A stretch of DNA of 64,000 nt from an uncultured bacterium (GTDB lineage Bacteria; Margulisbacteria; WOR-1; CAVSGV01). Location: the NCBI GenBank assembly GCA_963727815.1, contig CAVSGV010000006.1, positions 336,851 to 400,850 on the forward strand, given 5' to 3'. Position numbers and translations under genes: made by a program. Every line of letters begins with the position of its first letter. The first letter of the stretch is position 1. Shown here one piece after another: positions 32,385-43,094 of this stretch. The notes below the pieces were generated by a model. It saw nothing but the letters and a program-made list of their open reading frames with translations, was not told the origin of the DNA and did no database searches.

Positions 32385-34058
32385 TCAATCCACCAGCATC
32401 TCGTTCAGCGCCTGGCCCGGCGGCACGAACGGAAGAACATTTTCTTCTCTCGCCACTCTGAAATCTATCAGCGTGGGCCTGTCCTTTATTTTCATTGATT
32501 CTTCTATTGCCGGTCTTACCTCTTCGATCTTTGTGACCCTTATTCCGGCGGCGCCGAACGCTTCTGCTACTTTGACAAGGTCGGGATTTCCCTCAAGGTC
32601 CACCTGTGAGTAACGTTTATCGTAAAGTATCTCCTGCCACTGCCTCACCATTCCCAGGTAGGAATTATTGAGCACGGCTATCTTCACCGGCAGTTTATTG
32701 TTGACCGCCGTAGTCATTTCCTGAATGTTCATCTGTATGCTTCCGTCGCCGGCGATGTCGAACACAACTTTATCAGGGCACCCGATCTGCGCTCCTATGG
32801 CGGCGGGAAATCCGTAGCCCATCGTCCCGAGCCCGCCCGACGTGATGAACGTCCTCGGCTTTGTGAACTTATAATACATGGCTGACCACATCTGGTTCTG
32901 GCCCACCTCAGTCGTTATGATCGCGTCGCCCTTTGTTATGTCGTATATCTGCTCGATGACGTATTCGGGTTTTAGCGTTCCATCATTCTTATATGAGAGC
33001 GGATATTTCCTTTTCCATTCGGCCGTTTGTTCGAGCCACGCTCCATGATCGTCCTTCACGGCCGTTTTTTCTATCAGCTCTTTCAGAACGGTCTTCACAT
33101 CTCCCACTATCGGGATGTCTATCCTGACGTTCTTTCCTATCTCCGCCGGGTCTATATCTATATGTATGTGTTTCGCCTTCGGAGCGAACTTCGCGATGTG
33201 TGCCGTCACCCTGTCGTCGAACCTGGCGCCGATCGCCATAAGAAGGTCGCATTCCTGGACGGCGTAATTGGCATAGACCGTGCCGTGCATTCCCAGCATA
33301 CCGAGCGAAAGCTCGTTCGTTTCCGGGAAGCCGCCCTTGCCCAGAAGAGTTGTCGTGACCGGTATCCTGCATTTCACAGCGAGATCGGTAAGTTCCTTTG
33401 CCGCGCCGGACAATATCACCCCGCCGCCTGCGTATATCAGCGGCCTTTTTGAAGCCGCTATCGCTTTTGCCGCAGCGGCGATCTGTTTCGGATGCCCCTC
33501 GTATTTCGGCTTGTAGCTTGGGATCACTATTTTTTCAGGATATTTGAAGTTCAGCTTGTTTATCTGGATGTCGCGGGGAATATCGATCAACACAGGCCCC
33601 GGTCTTCCTGTCCTTGCGATATAGAAAGCTTCCTTGAATATCCTCGGGAGATCGTCGATGTTCTTTATCAGATAATTGTGTTTTGTTATCGGCACGGTTA
33701 TCCCCGTGATGTCCGCTTCCTGAAAAGAATCACGGCCTAGCAGGGCGGTGCCCACCTGTCCGGTGATGGCGATCATCGGAATGGAATCCATGAAAGCGTT
33801 GGCGATGCCGGTCACAAGGTTCGTCGCTCCGGGGCCCGAAGTGGCCACGCACACGCCCACCTGGCCGGTGGCTCTGGCAAAACCATCCGCAGCGTGCGCG
33901 GCACCCTGTTCATGGCGCACGAGTATGTGTTTTATTTCTTTTTCGTGGTAGAGGGCGTCATAAAAAGGCAGTATCTGACCGCCGGGGTAACCGAAGATGG
34001 TGTGCACCCCTTCTTTTTTCAAACATTCTAATATGGCTTGAGCACCGGTGAGTTCCAT
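32385..34058 (-). CDS. ilvB: Acetolactate synthase large subunit
   Basis: [40 protein letters not shown] motif. Confidence 0.97.
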   Translation of the reverse strand: MELTGAQAILECLKKEGVHTIFGYPGGQILPFYDALYHEKEIKHILVRHEQGAAHAADGFARATGQVGVCVATSGPGATNLVTGIANAFMDSIPMIAITGQVGTALLGRDSFQEADITGITVPITKHNYLIKNIDDLPRIFKEAFYIARTGRPGPVLIDIPRDIQINKLNFKYPEKIVIPSYKPKYEGHPKQIAAAAKAIAASKRPLIYAGGGVILSGAAKELTDLAVKCRIPVTTTLLGKGGFPETNELSLGMLGMHGTVYANYAVQECDLLMAIGARFDDRVTAHIAKFAPKAKHIHIDIDPAEIGKNVRIDIPIVGDVKTVLKELIEKTAVKDDHGAWLEQTAEWKRKYPLSYKNDGTLKPEYVIEQIYDITKGDAIITTEVGQNQMWSAMYYKFTKPRTFITSGGLGTMGYGFPAAIGAQIGCPDKVVFDIAGDGSIQMNIQEMTTAVNNKLPVKIAVLNNSYLGMVRQWQEILYDKRYSQVDLEGNPDLVKVAEAFGAAGIRVTKIEEVRPAIEESMKIKDRPTLIDFRVAREENVLPFVPPGQALNEMLVD

Positions 34059-34099
34059 AGTTTGTTGATTTTACAATTATGGGGGGGGATAGTCAAACC

Positions 34100-34170
34100 T
34101 AATAAGAAAATCGATAATCGAGAATAGAGAACAGGACTCAATTCCTATTTTCGATATTCCATTCCCGATT
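34100..34170. repeat. Degenerate heptamer inverted-repeat hairpin (AATCGAG-type)
   Basis: aataagaaaatcgataatcgagaatagagaacagg ... cctattttcgatattccattcccgatt, between ilvD and ilvB. Confidence 0.6.
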
Positions 34171-35822
34171 TACTTCAGCACCGCTCCAGTATTTGCCGAC
34201 GTCACCATTCTCGCGTACCTTGCCAGCCAGCCTGTTTTTACTCTCGGCTCCGGCGCTTTCCATGAAGCTTTGCGTTTCGCCAACTCGGCATCGGAGACTT
34301 TCACGTTGAGCTTTCTCGCGGGAATATCAAGCTCGATGATGTCTCCGTCTTTCACAAGAGCGATGGGCCCGCCTTCCGCCGCCTCGGGCGATATGTGGCC
34401 GATGCATGGCCCTTGAGTCCCGCCAGAAAATCGTCCGTCAGTTATCAGCGCCACGGAATCAGACAATCCCATTCCGACGATGGCTGAAGTGGGGGAGAGC
34501 ATCTCGCGCATTCCCGGTCCGCCTTTTGGCCCTTCATATCTGATAACGACCACGTCGCCGGCCTTGACCTTGCCGCTCATGATCGCATGCATCGAAGCTT
34601 CTTCACCGTCGAAACATTTCGCCGTTCCGGTTATCCTCTGGGCTTTTTCTGATACGGCGGTTTGTTTAACCACGCTTCCGTCCGGAGCGATGTTGCCCTT
34701 GAGGATCGCAATGCCGCCTTCCTTATGATATGGATTGTCCAGATTTCTTATCACATCGTTGTCGAACACGATCCCGTCTTTGGCGATATCCTTTATGTTC
34801 CTGCCGTTGACGGTATCGGCGCTCAGCAATCGATCTTTGAGAACATTCAGAACTCCGGGGATCCCGCCAGCATATTCCAGGTCCTCCAGGAAGAACGGAC
34901 CCGACGGCCGGAGATTGGTAATGTGCGGATTATCCCTGCTCATCTTGTCAAAGTCGTCGAGAGTTATTTCGATGCCGAATTCGTGCGCTATTGCCGGAAG
35001 ATGCAGAGCGGTATTCGATGACCCGCCGATGGACATGTCTACCATTATCGCGTTATGGATAGCGTTCTTTGTGACTATCGATCTTGGCTTGATATCACGT
35101 TTTACAAGCTCGACGATGCGCTCGCCGGAAGAATAAGCGATCCTTTTTTTCTTCGCGGAAACCGCAAGAGCTGTTCCGCATCCGGTGAGCGACATTCCCA
35201 TCGCTTCGGCGAGGCAGCTCATCGTGTTAGCAGTATAGAGGCCGGCGCACGAACCGGCTCCGGGGCAGATGTCCTCTTCCATGCAGTTCATGTCTTCCTC
35301 GGATATCCTGCCCGACTTGACCGCGCCTGCGGCTTCAAAGCCGTCGTGCACCAGATCGCGCTTCACCTGTTTGTATCTTCCGGCAAGCATCGGTCCGGCG
35401 GTCACCACTATTGCCGGCACGTTCAATCTTCCGGCGGCCATCAACATTCCGGGAGTTATCTTGTCGCACGCGGTCAGAAGTATCACGCCGTCAAGCTGAT
35501 GGGCTTCCACCATCGATTCGATCATGTCGGCGATCAACTCGCGCGATGCCAGAGAGTAATGCATGCCTTTGTGGCCCATCGCGATGCCGTCGCATATCGC
35601 GGGCAATCCGAATACGAACGGAACGCCGCCGCCGGCTGATATCCCGTTCTCGATGGCTCTTTCAAAATCTCTCATGTTCACATGGCCGGGAACGATGTCG
35701 GAAAAACTCGAAGCGATGCCGATGAAAGGCTTGCTCATTCCCGACCGGGTAACTCCTGTAGCGTATAAGAGAGCCCAATGGCCGGCCCGTTCGATACCTT
35801 TTTTTATCTGATCAGATCGCAT
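34170..35822 (-). CDS. ilvD: Dihydroxy-acid dehydratase
   Basis: [48 protein letters not shown]. Confidence 0.97.
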   Translation of the reverse strand: MRSDQIKKGIERAGHWALLYATGVTRSGMSKPFIGIASSFSDIVPGHVNMRDFERAIENGISAGGGVPFVFGLPAICDGIAMGHKGMHYSLASRELIADMIESMVEAHQLDGVILLTACDKITPGMLMAAGRLNVPAIVVTAGPMLAGRYKQVKRDLVHDGFEAAGAVKSGRISEEDMNCMEEDICPGAGSCAGLYTANTMSCLAEAMGMSLTGCGTALAVSAKKKRIAYSSGERIVELVKRDIKPRSIVTKNAIHNAIMVDMSIGGSSNTALHLPAIAHEFGIEITLDDFDKMSRDNPHITNLRPSGPFFLEDLEYAGGIPGVLNVLKDRLLSADTVNGRNIKDIAKDGIVFDNDVIRNLDNPYHKEGGIAILKGNIAPDGSVVKQTAVSEKAQRITGTAKCFDGEEASMHAIMSGKVKAGDVVVIRYEGPKGGPGMREMLSPTSAIVGMGLSDSVALITDGRFSGGTQGPCIGHISPEAAEGGPIALVKDGDIIELDIPARKLNVKVSDAELAKRKASWKAPEPRVKTGWLARYARMVTSANTGAVLK

Positions 35823-35919
35823 GATGATACCTCCGTTCGGATGCGGGTATTTTAGCACAGAATTCTGTCAATTATTATGCAATTTTTCACGGGAACTCTC
35901 GATAATATAGTAGAGGGAA

Positions 35920-36370
35920 GGTTAGAAATTAGTAATTAGAAATTAGTTTATCTTTGTTTGGGATTTGGCAATTGGGAATTGGGATTTATTTGCGAAAGCA
36001 AATTGCTGGGTTGTTCGTGACTTGTTGAAGGTTTGCAGACTATTTTTCCTGATTAAGTTCGGGAAATCCTTTAAGTACTGCTCAACTTTAACTTGACGGC
36101 AACCCAGTTTTATTTTGGAACAGTTGCAGTATAGCATAATCGCGAAAATATTTCAAGAGGCGCTTTTCTCTAATTTTGCCATCGCGAATAACTCGAAGGG
36201 TCAGGATCGCGAATTCACGAATGCTCACTAATTTACGCGAATATACACTAATCAATATGCCTTGATCGATTCGGATTCGAGATCATTAGAGTAAATTGGA
36301 ATTTATTCGAGAATTAGAGAGCTGATCTTTCGCGTTATTCGTGACAAGAAAAATTCGCGAGGATAAGCGA
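35920..36370. repeat. Intergenic cluster of heptamer repeats and nested approx. 9-bp-period inverted repeats
   Basis: ttagaaattagtaattagaaattag; tttgggatttggcaattgggaattgggattt; cgcgaataactcgaa pairing with ttcgcgttattcgtg; cacgaat/cactaat arms pairing with attagag/attcgag arms. Confidence 0.7.
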
Positions 36371-36424
36371 TGTGTATTTGCTCAATTGTTTCGCGTGGCC
36401 GCTTCATATATAATCGACGACAAT

Positions 36425-38335
36425 ATGCTGGAAAGCGCTCCCGCTAGACCTATCGATAAATTATTGAAGAATAAGAACTTCATTGCATCGTTGATATTGA
36501 TCGCCATCACTTTTATCACCCTTTCTCCGGTTCTCCTGGGCGGCTTCACGAACTGGGACGACCCCCAGCTGGTGACCGGCAACGCAAGGATAACCACCCT
36601 TTCCTTTGACAGCGTTAAAGTCATGTTCACTTCGTTCCAGGAGCGGCTTTATTTCCCCCTTGTGACACTTAGCTATGCCGTGGAGAAGCATTTCGCGGGA
36701 TTGAACCCTCTTGTTTTCCATGCGACCAACCTTACCCTTCATCTCGCGAATACCCTGCTCGTTTTCTGGCTCATCTATTTGATAAGCGGAGGCGAGCTTT
36801 CAGTAGCGTTCATCACCGCTCTGCTTTTCGGCATACACCCGCTCCACGTCGAGCCGGTGGCGTGGGTATCGGAGAGAAAAGGACTTCTTTACGCGTTCTT
36901 TTTCCTGATCTCCATCATCTCATACATCTATTCCGACAGAGCGAAGGAAAAAAATCTCTATTACGCTTCAATGTTCTCGTTCTTGCTTTCGCTGCTTTCC
37001 AAATCCGTCGCGGTGGTGCTTCCTTTTGTCCTTCTTCTCTGCGATCACGCGAAAAAGAAAAAGATCGACCGCGAGGACGTTCTCAATATGCTCCCGTATT
37101 TCGCTCTGTCCTTGCTCTTCATCTTTGTGACAATGCTCGCGCATTTCCAGCCTGGAATAAAAGGCAATGAATTCCACTTCTCCTTCATCGGCAACACCGT
37201 TCTTGCGGCGCAGAACATAGTTTTTTATCTCATAAAGCTCGCGCTTCCGTTCAAGCTCTCGGCGTATTACCCGATGCCCGATAAGATCCGGAACATCCCG
37301 CAGATCATTTTCTTCCTTTCGCCGCTTATCGTCCTGGCGCTCCTTGCTTTGACAGCATATTCGATCAAGCTATCAGGCAAGATTTTTTTCGGGGCGGCAT
37401 TTTTCTTCATCACCATCGCGCCCGTTTGCCAGTTCCTTCCGCTGGGACTCGGTATTCCCGCTGACAGGTACACGTACATACCGTATGTCGGACTTTTCTA
37501 CCTGATAGCCATCACTTTTTCATGGGCTTATCAAAGATACGATAAGAAGTATCTAAATTCGCTTCTCGCGGCATTGGTCTTGATCCTTTCCGTCATCTCA
37601 TTCCAGAGAGCGCTCGTTTGGCGGGACAGCCTGGGGTTGTGGAACGACGTGCTGAAGAACTACAATGTCACGGCGCTGCCGTATTACAACAGGGCTGAAG
37701 TTTATCTCTTCGTAAAGCATGATTTCAATTCCGCTCTCGATGGGTTCAACAAGGCGATAGAACTGGATCCAGCTTTCGTGCCGCCGCGCGTGAACCGCGG
37801 ACTGGTCTACTCGCTAAGGAACGACCAGAAAAAAGCTATCGACGAATATAACAAGGCCCTGAAATTATCTCCCGACACTCCATCCATCTACCTGCTGAGA
37901 GGGAACGCGTATACCAGAATGGGAAAACTCGATCTCGCGCTTGCCGACTTCAACAGGGCGCTGAACATAGAACCCGGCTATATGATGGCATGGCACAACA
38001 GGGGCAACATCCATCTTGCCCGCGGCCAGCTTGATGAGGCGGTGTACGACTATTCCCGATCGATCCAGCTGTCACCGGCCGATGCGAGCTCTTATATAGG
38101 CAGAGGCTCGGCATATTTCAAGAAAAAAGAATGGGACGCGGCCTTTAATGATTTTTCCACGGCTGCGATGATGGATGAAACTACGGCAGTGCCATATCTG
38201 AACATGGCCTTGCTGCTTGCCAGGAAAGGCAAGAACGCAGCCGCGCTCGACTGCCTGGACAAGGCCCGCAGCCTTGGCGGCAAGGTGGATCCCGCCCTTT
38301 ACGACCGCATTAAAAAAGCACCAACCGGCCTTTGA
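36425..38335 (+). CDS. GT-C-type membrane protein with C-terminal TPR repeats (TMTC-like)
   Basis: NWDD loop, FHATNLTLH, HPLHVEPVAWVSER, ADRYTYIPY, followed by TPR repeats. Confidence 0.88.
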   Translation: MLESAPARPIDKLLKNKNFIASLILIAITFITLSPVLLGGFTNWDDPQLVTGNARITTLSFDSVKVMFTSFQERLYFPLVTLSYAVEKHFAGLNPLVFHATNLTLHLANTLLVFWLIYLISGGELSVAFITALLFGIHPLHVEPVAWVSERKGLLYAFFFLISIISYIYSDRAKEKNLYYASMFSFLLSLLSKSVAVVLPFVLLLCDHAKKKKIDREDVLNMLPYFALSLLFIFVTMLAHFQPGIKGNEFHFSFIGNTVLAAQNIVFYLIKLALPFKLSAYYPMPDKIRNIPQIIFFLSPLIVLALLALTAYSIKLSGKIFFGAAFFFITIAPVCQFLPLGLGIPADRYTYIPYVGLFYLIAITFSWAYQRYDKKYLNSLLAALVLILSVISFQRALVWRDSLGLWNDVLKNYNVTALPYYNRAEVYLFVKHDFNSALDGFNKAIELDPAFVPPRVNRGLVYSLRNDQKKAIDEYNKALKLSPDTPSIYLLRGNAYTRMGKLDLALADFNRALNIEPGYMMAWHNRGNIHLARGQLDEAVYDYSRSIQLSPADASSYIGRGSAYFKKKEWDAAFNDFSTAAMMDETTAVPYLNMALLLARKGKNAAALDCLDKARSLGGKVDPALYDRIKKAPTGL

Positions 38336-38353
38336 TTATGGTATAATTTGGCC

Positions 38354-39487
38354 ATGCTAAGATATTTAACAGCAGGGGAATCCCACGGCAAGGCGATAGC
38401 CGCCATACTTGAAGGAATGCCCGCGAACCTCAAAATATCCGCAAAGGACATAGACAGGGACCTTGAAAGACGTCAGTCCGGATACGGCAGGGGCGCAAGG
38501 CAGACCATCGAAAAAGACAGGGTCGAGATAATTTCCGGGGTAAGGCTCGGGAAAACGCTCGGCAGCCCCATCGCCATGATTATACAGAACAGGGACTGGG
38601 AGAACTGGAAGAAGATCATGCCCGTTGAAGATGACAAGAACATATTCCAGGAACCGGTCACGAAGCTGAGGCCCGGACACGCGGACCTTACAGGAGCCAT
38701 AAAATACAATCAAACTGATATAAGGAACATCCTGGAGCGCGCCAGCGCAAGAGGAACTGCCGCGACAGTCGCCGTGGGAGCGGTCGCAAAAAAACTTCTC
38801 GCCGAATTTTCAATAAGCATCTTCAGCCACGTCGTTCAAATAGGCAATGTGCGGGCAGATGTATCGGGCAGAAACTACGGGGAAATCGAAAGGGCCGCGG
38901 AACAATCTGACCTCCGGTGCGCAGATGCGGCGGCCTCAGTGAAAATGAAGGAAGCGATAGACAAGGCAAAAACCGACGGAGACTCCGTCGGCGGCATGTT
39001 CGAAGTCATCGCTCAAGGCTGTCCCGTGGGTTTGGGCAGCCACGTCCACCCCGACAGAAGGATGTCGGAGAAACTGGCCGCGGCGGTCATGTCCATCCAG
39101 TCCGTAAAAGGCGTGGAGATAGGACTTGCTTTCGACATCGCATCCATGCCGGGTTCCAAAGCGCATGACGAGATATTCGTGGAGAACGACAAGTTCGTAA
39201 GGCGGACGAATCACGCGGGCGGTCTGGAAGGCGGAATTACGAACGGTCAGCCCATCGTCATAAGGGCGGTCGTTAAGCCCATCGCCACCATCGGCAGGCC
39301 GTTGAATTCCGCTGATCTTATCACAAAGGAGAGCGTAAAAGCGCACGTGGAAAGAGCGGACGTGTGCCATGTTCCGTCTGCGGGGGTCATCGCCGAAGCG
39401 GCCGTGGCCGTGGAGCTGGCCAACGCCTTCCTCGAGAAGTTCGGGGGCGACTCCGTCGAAGAAATTGCCAAGCATTACAACGTGTGA
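38354..39487 (+). CDS. aroC: Chorismate synthase
   Basis: MLRYLTAGESHG, RPGHAD, ERASAR, GGLEGGITNG. Confidence 0.97.
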   Translation: MLRYLTAGESHGKAIAAILEGMPANLKISAKDIDRDLERRQSGYGRGARQTIEKDRVEIISGVRLGKTLGSPIAMIIQNRDWENWKKIMPVEDDKNIFQEPVTKLRPGHADLTGAIKYNQTDIRNILERASARGTAATVAVGAVAKKLLAEFSISIFSHVVQIGNVRADVSGRNYGEIERAAEQSDLRCADAAASVKMKEAIDKAKTDGDSVGGMFEVIAQGCPVGLGSHVHPDRRMSEKLAAAVMSIQSVKGVEIGLAFDIASMPGSKAHDEIFVENDKFVRRTNHAGGLEGGITNGQPIVIRAVVKPIATIGRPLNSADLITKESVKAHVERADVCHVPSAGVIAEAAVAVELANAFLEKFGGDSVEEIAKHYNV

Positions 39488-39499
39488 TATAATCACACG
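39465..39499 (+). promoter_or_regulatory. Sigma70 promoter for the rpsP operon (TTGCCA-17-TATAAT) overlapped by palindrome CGTGTGAT-ATA-ATCACACG
   Basis: -35 at 39465-39470 and -10 at 39488-39493 with a TG extension. Confidence 0.65.
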
Positions 39500-39534
39500 G
39501 TTTTCCAATTTTGTATCAGGGAGGTACTTATTTC

Positions 39535-39888
39535 GTGGCAGTTAAAATCAGATTGCGCAGAACGGGATCCAAAGGACGGCCGTCTTACAGAGTGGTCGTC
39601 GCAGATGAAAGAGCGTCGAGAAAAGGAAGTATTATCGAGACGGTGGGGAATTATGACCCTCTCGTTGAGCCCACTTCTTTCAAGGTGGATAAGGAAAGAG
39701 TGCTTGAATGGATAAAGAAAGGCGCTCAGTGTTCGGACACCGTAAGGAAACTTCTGGGAAAAGCGGGAGTGCTCAAAGCGATAGATTTTTCTTCTTACAA
39801 GAAGCGTGCCCCCAGGAAGGCCGAAGGGGCAAAGGAGGAAAAACCGGCTGAAAAAGCGGCGGAAACCAAACCAGAAGAGAAGAAGTAG
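39535..39888 (+). CDS. rpsP: 30S ribosomal protein S16
   Basis: GTG start; AVKIRLRRTG, YRVVVAD, GNYDP. Confidence 0.96.
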   Translation: MAVKIRLRRTGSKGRPSYRVVVADERASRKGSIIETVGNYDPLVEPTSFKVDKERVLEWIKKGAQCSDTVRKLLGKAGVLKAIDFSSYKKRAPRKAEGAKEEKPAEKAAETKPEEKK

Positions 39889-39900
39889 GGGGGAAATCCT

Positions 39901-40143
39901 ATGAAGGAACTAGTAGAATACATAGTAAAAGCGCTGGTGGACAAGCCGGAAGAGGTAAGCATTAGCCAGACCGAAGGGGAATCGGTCACCATACTTGAGA
40001 TCAAAGTATCATCTGAAGACGCGGGAAAGGTCATCGGAAAAGAAGGCAGGATAGCGAACGCTATCAGGACGATAGTCAAGGCGGCAGGCGCGAAGAACAA
40101 GAAAAGGGTCACAGTTGAAATAATGACGTCGGAAAGGAAGTAA
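39901..40143 (+). CDS. khpA: KH-domain RNA-binding protein (KhpA/YlqC)
   Basis: MKELVEYIVKALVDKP, GKVIGKEGRIANAIRT. Confidence 0.93.
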   Translation: MKELVEYIVKALVDKPEEVSISQTEGESVTILEIKVSSEDAGKVIGKEGRIANAIRTIVKAAGAKNKKRVTVEIMTSERK

Positions 40144-40148
40144 TAAAA

Positions 40149-40574
40149 ATGGCGGACAAAGCTGTTGAACTGAAAAGGGTCGTGATGGTGAAAGCCATCG
40201 TAACGGAGGCGTTCAAGGACAATCTGGTAAAGGAACTTGAAAGGGCAATAAAGAACCTGGATTCCCAGGCACAGCAGATGGATTTCCAGGGTAAGACCTA
40301 CATGGAGGACATGAAGAAAAAAGGAATGATCTCCCAGATGACGTCGTTCAAGCATCAGCTGGACGAGGAAAAGGGCAGACAGGCGGCCGCGAGAGCGGAC
40401 CTGCAGCTTAAGATCGACGAGGCGAAAAAGCTCGTGCTTAACACCGAGTTCATCCAGGGACCTCTTGAAGGACCCGTTAACGTCAAGATAGGCGATAACC
40501 TGTATAAGAAGATCGGCGCCGCCGAGATAATCGTGAAGGACGGCCTGATACAGGAAATAAGGAACGTAGACTAG
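40149..40574 (+). CDS. YlqD family protein
   Basis: KRVVMVKAIVTE, coiled coil, EIIVKDG; position after khpA. Confidence 0.85.
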   Translation: MADKAVELKRVVMVKAIVTEAFKDNLVKELERAIKNLDSQAQQMDFQGKTYMEDMKKKGMISQMTSFKHQLDEEKGRQAAARADLQLKIDEAKKLVLNTEFIQGPLEGPVNVKIGDNLYKKIGAAEIIVKDGLIQEIRNVD

Positions 40575-40626
40575 CGATCGGCATGAAAAGCACATCCGCA
40601 CAGACAAGCTGTGCTCTGTTAAATCC

Positions 40627-40665
40627 ATAGAGCGGAGTTCATCTCCGCGAATCGGAGTCCCTACA
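40627..40665. repeat. REP-like palindrome ending CCCTACA (GTAG-type on the minus strand)
   Basis: GCGGAG-ttcat-CTCCGC stem with flanking TAG...CTACA, just before the trmD ATG. Confidence 0.5.
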
Positions 40666-40668
40666 TAA

Positions 40669-41449
40669 ATGAAAATCGATATTCTAACTTTATTCCCCTC
40701 GATGTTCTCTCCGCTTGATGAAAGCATTATCGGCAAGGCAAAGAGCAGGGGCCTGCTCGATATCCGCGTCACGGATATCAGGAGTTTCGCCGCCGATAAG
40801 CACAGGACAGCGGATGATTCTCCATACGGAGGAGGGCCGGGGATGGTGTTAAAACCCGATCTGATTATTGAAGCCATCAACGAGATTAAATCCCAAATCT
40901 CAAATCCCAAATCCCAAACAAATCTCAAATCAGAACATCAAAATTCCAAACCACTTGTTATTTTGCTTTCGCCTGCCGGAATCACGCTTGATGATAAGAA
41001 AGCGCGGGAGCTGGCGAAAGAGGAACATCTGGTGCTCATCTGCGGGCATTACGAAGGCGTGGACCAGAGAGCCATCGACGAACTCGTTGATGAAGAGATT
41101 TCCATCGGAGATTACGTTCTTACCGGCGGAGAGATACCGGCGATGGTCCTTATTGATGCAGTATCAAGGTTCATTCCTGGAGTTCCTGGGAGACAAGTCA
41201 TCATCAAGCGAGGAATCTTTCTCTTTCAGCCTGCTTGAATATCCGCAATACACAAAACCAGCGAACTGTTTGGGCAGGGAAGTTCCGGAAGTGCTCCTGA
41301 GCGGCGATCACAAAAAGATAGCGAGCTGGAGAAGAGAAGAATCGATAAAGAACACTTTCTTCAGGCGGCCGGACCTTTTATCGAAGGCCGACATCACCAC
41401 GGAAGACAAAAAGCGCCTTGAAAGCATATTCACGGGAGAGGCCGAATGA
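40669..41449 (+). CDS. trmD: tRNA (guanine-N1)-methyltransferase (frameshift near 41185; in-frame heptamer-repeat insertion)
   Basis: DILTLFP, DDSPYGGGPGMV, CGHYEGVDQR, SIGDYVLTGGE, then LLEYPQYTKP, VPEVLLSGDH. Confidence 0.94.
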
Positions 41450-41997
41450 ACGTATACGTTGCGCTGCTTCACTTTCCGGTATATAATAAGAACAAGGAAG
41501 TTGTCACTACCTGCGTGAACGGTTTTGACATTTCCGACATTGCGCGAAGCTGCACCACCTACGGGATAAAGAAATATTTCATCGTGAATCCCATAAGCGG
41601 GCAGCGTCAGTTCGCCGAAAGGATACTGTCCCACTGGAAGAAGGAAGAGAGCCAGGCCTTCAATTCCACCCGGGTAGAAGCGCTTGACCTTGTCTGCGTC
41701 AAAAAGGAACTGAAAGAGGTCATCGACGAGATAGGAAAGCACGGGACCCCGGTGATGGTCGCGACAAGCGCGAAGCAAAAGGGCAGCTATCCTTACGACA
41801 AACTGAGGGAAGACATAAAGAGATCCAAGAGGCCGTATCTCATATTGTTAGGAACAGGGTCGGGCCTCTGTGATGAGGTCATTGACGGCGCGGACGTTGT
41901 GCTTTCGCCGCTGGAAGGCGGGACGAAATACAATCACTTGTCCGTAAGGAGCGCAGCGGCCATAATACTGGATAGATTATTTGCCAAGGAGGATTGA
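41446..41997 (+). CDS. SPOUT-type SAM-dependent RNA methyltransferase (TrmD-associated)
   Basis: [44 protein letters not shown]. Confidence 0.88.
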   Translation: MNVYVALLHFPVYNKNKEVVTTCVNGFDISDIARSCTTYGIKKYFIVNPISGQRQFAERILSHWKKEESQAFNSTRVEALDLVCVKKELKEVIDEIGKHGTPVMVATSAKQKGSYPYDKLREDIKRSKRPYLILLGTGSGLCDEVIDGADVVLSPLEGGTKYNHLSVRSAAAIILDRLFAKED

Positions 41998-42002
41998 ATA
42001 AA

Positions 42003-42362
42003 ATGGGAATGATCCAGGACCTGGAAGATAAGTTCAAGAAAAAAGAAATGCCAAAATTCAACGTGGGCGATACCGTAAGGGTGTTCTCCAAGATCGTCGA
42101 AGGCGACAAGGAACGTCTGCAGGCGTTCGAAGGCACCGTCATAAAAAAGCGCGGCGGCGGGATACGCGAGGTGTTCACGGTAAGGAAGATAGTGCAGGGG
42201 ATAGGCGTGGAAAAGACGTTCCCTGTGCACTCCCCGAGAGTGGACAAGGTAAAAGTGATAAAATCCGGACGCACAAAGAGAGCAAAGCTGTATTACCTCA
42301 GGAAACGCGTCGGCTCCAAAGCGCTTAGGATAGAGGAAGCGGAACCTTCAACTCTTAAATGA
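42003..42362 (+). CDS. rplS: 50S ribosomal protein L19
   Basis: [36 protein letters not shown]. Confidence 0.97.
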   Translation: MGMIQDLEDKFKKKEMPKFNVGDTVRVFSKIVEGDKERLQAFEGTVIKKRGGGIREVFTVRKIVQGIGVEKTFPVHSPRVDKVKVIKSGRTKRAKLYYLRKRVGSKALRIEEAEPSTLK

Positions 42363-43093
42363 GCGAAACGAAGTTCGACCCGAAGAAATTCGCGAACTAC
42401 AAGTTCAAAGCTCAGGACAACCTCATAAAGGTATTGAAACCGCAGGGGCAGGCAATATCCTCTCAGCGATCACAAAAAAAACAGAATCCCATTTGGGATA
42501 CTTTCAAGGTCCTGGCCGCAGCTTTTATTATCGCTGTGGTCTTCAGGCTTTTCGTGGTCCAGACGTTCTATCTGCCGTCGGATTCAATGAAACCCACTCT
42601 CAATGTGAATGAACGGATCATTGCCAATAAATTGTCTTATGGCGTAGGCAACCCTTTCTGGGGGACGTACGATACCCCGAAGCTCCTTTACATTATCCCC
42701 AACCCTCTTTATAAAAAGGCGTTCACTCTCTCAAAGCGGAGATACATCTCGAACTCCCGGGGACCGCGGAGAGGCGATATAATAGTTTATGAAGACCCTT
42801 CCAGCGGGTTTTACGGTATCAAGCGGGTCATCGGTCTTCCGCGCGAACAGGTCAAGGTCAGGAAAGGCGTCGTCTATATCAACGGTAAAGAGCTGAAGGA
42901 AAAGTACGGCGTCATCAAGGATGATTCCAATTTCGGGCCCGTTAAGGTGCCGGCTGACTCGTATTTCCTTATGGGCGACAACAGGCCCGCTTCCAGCGAC
43001 AGCAGAATGTGGGGAATGCTCGCATCCAACAGGATCATCGGGAGGGTTTCCATGAGGATATGGCCGCCCGCGAAGATCCGCGTATTCAAGTGA
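42359..43093 (+). CDS. lepB: Signal peptidase I
   Basis: [29 protein letters not shown]. Confidence 0.94.
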   Translation: MSETKFDPKKFANYKFKAQDNLIKVLKPQGQAISSQRSQKKQNPIWDTFKVLAAAFIIAVVFRLFVVQTFYLPSDSMKPTLNVNERIIANKLSYGVGNPFWGTYDTPKLLYIIPNPLYKKAFTLSKRRYISNSRGPRRGDIIVYEDPSSGFYGIKRVIGLPREQVKVRKGVVYINGKELKEKYGVIKDDSNFGPVKVPADSYFLMGDNRPASSDSRMWGMLASNRIIGRVSMRIWPPAKIRVFK

Positions 43094-43094
43094 C

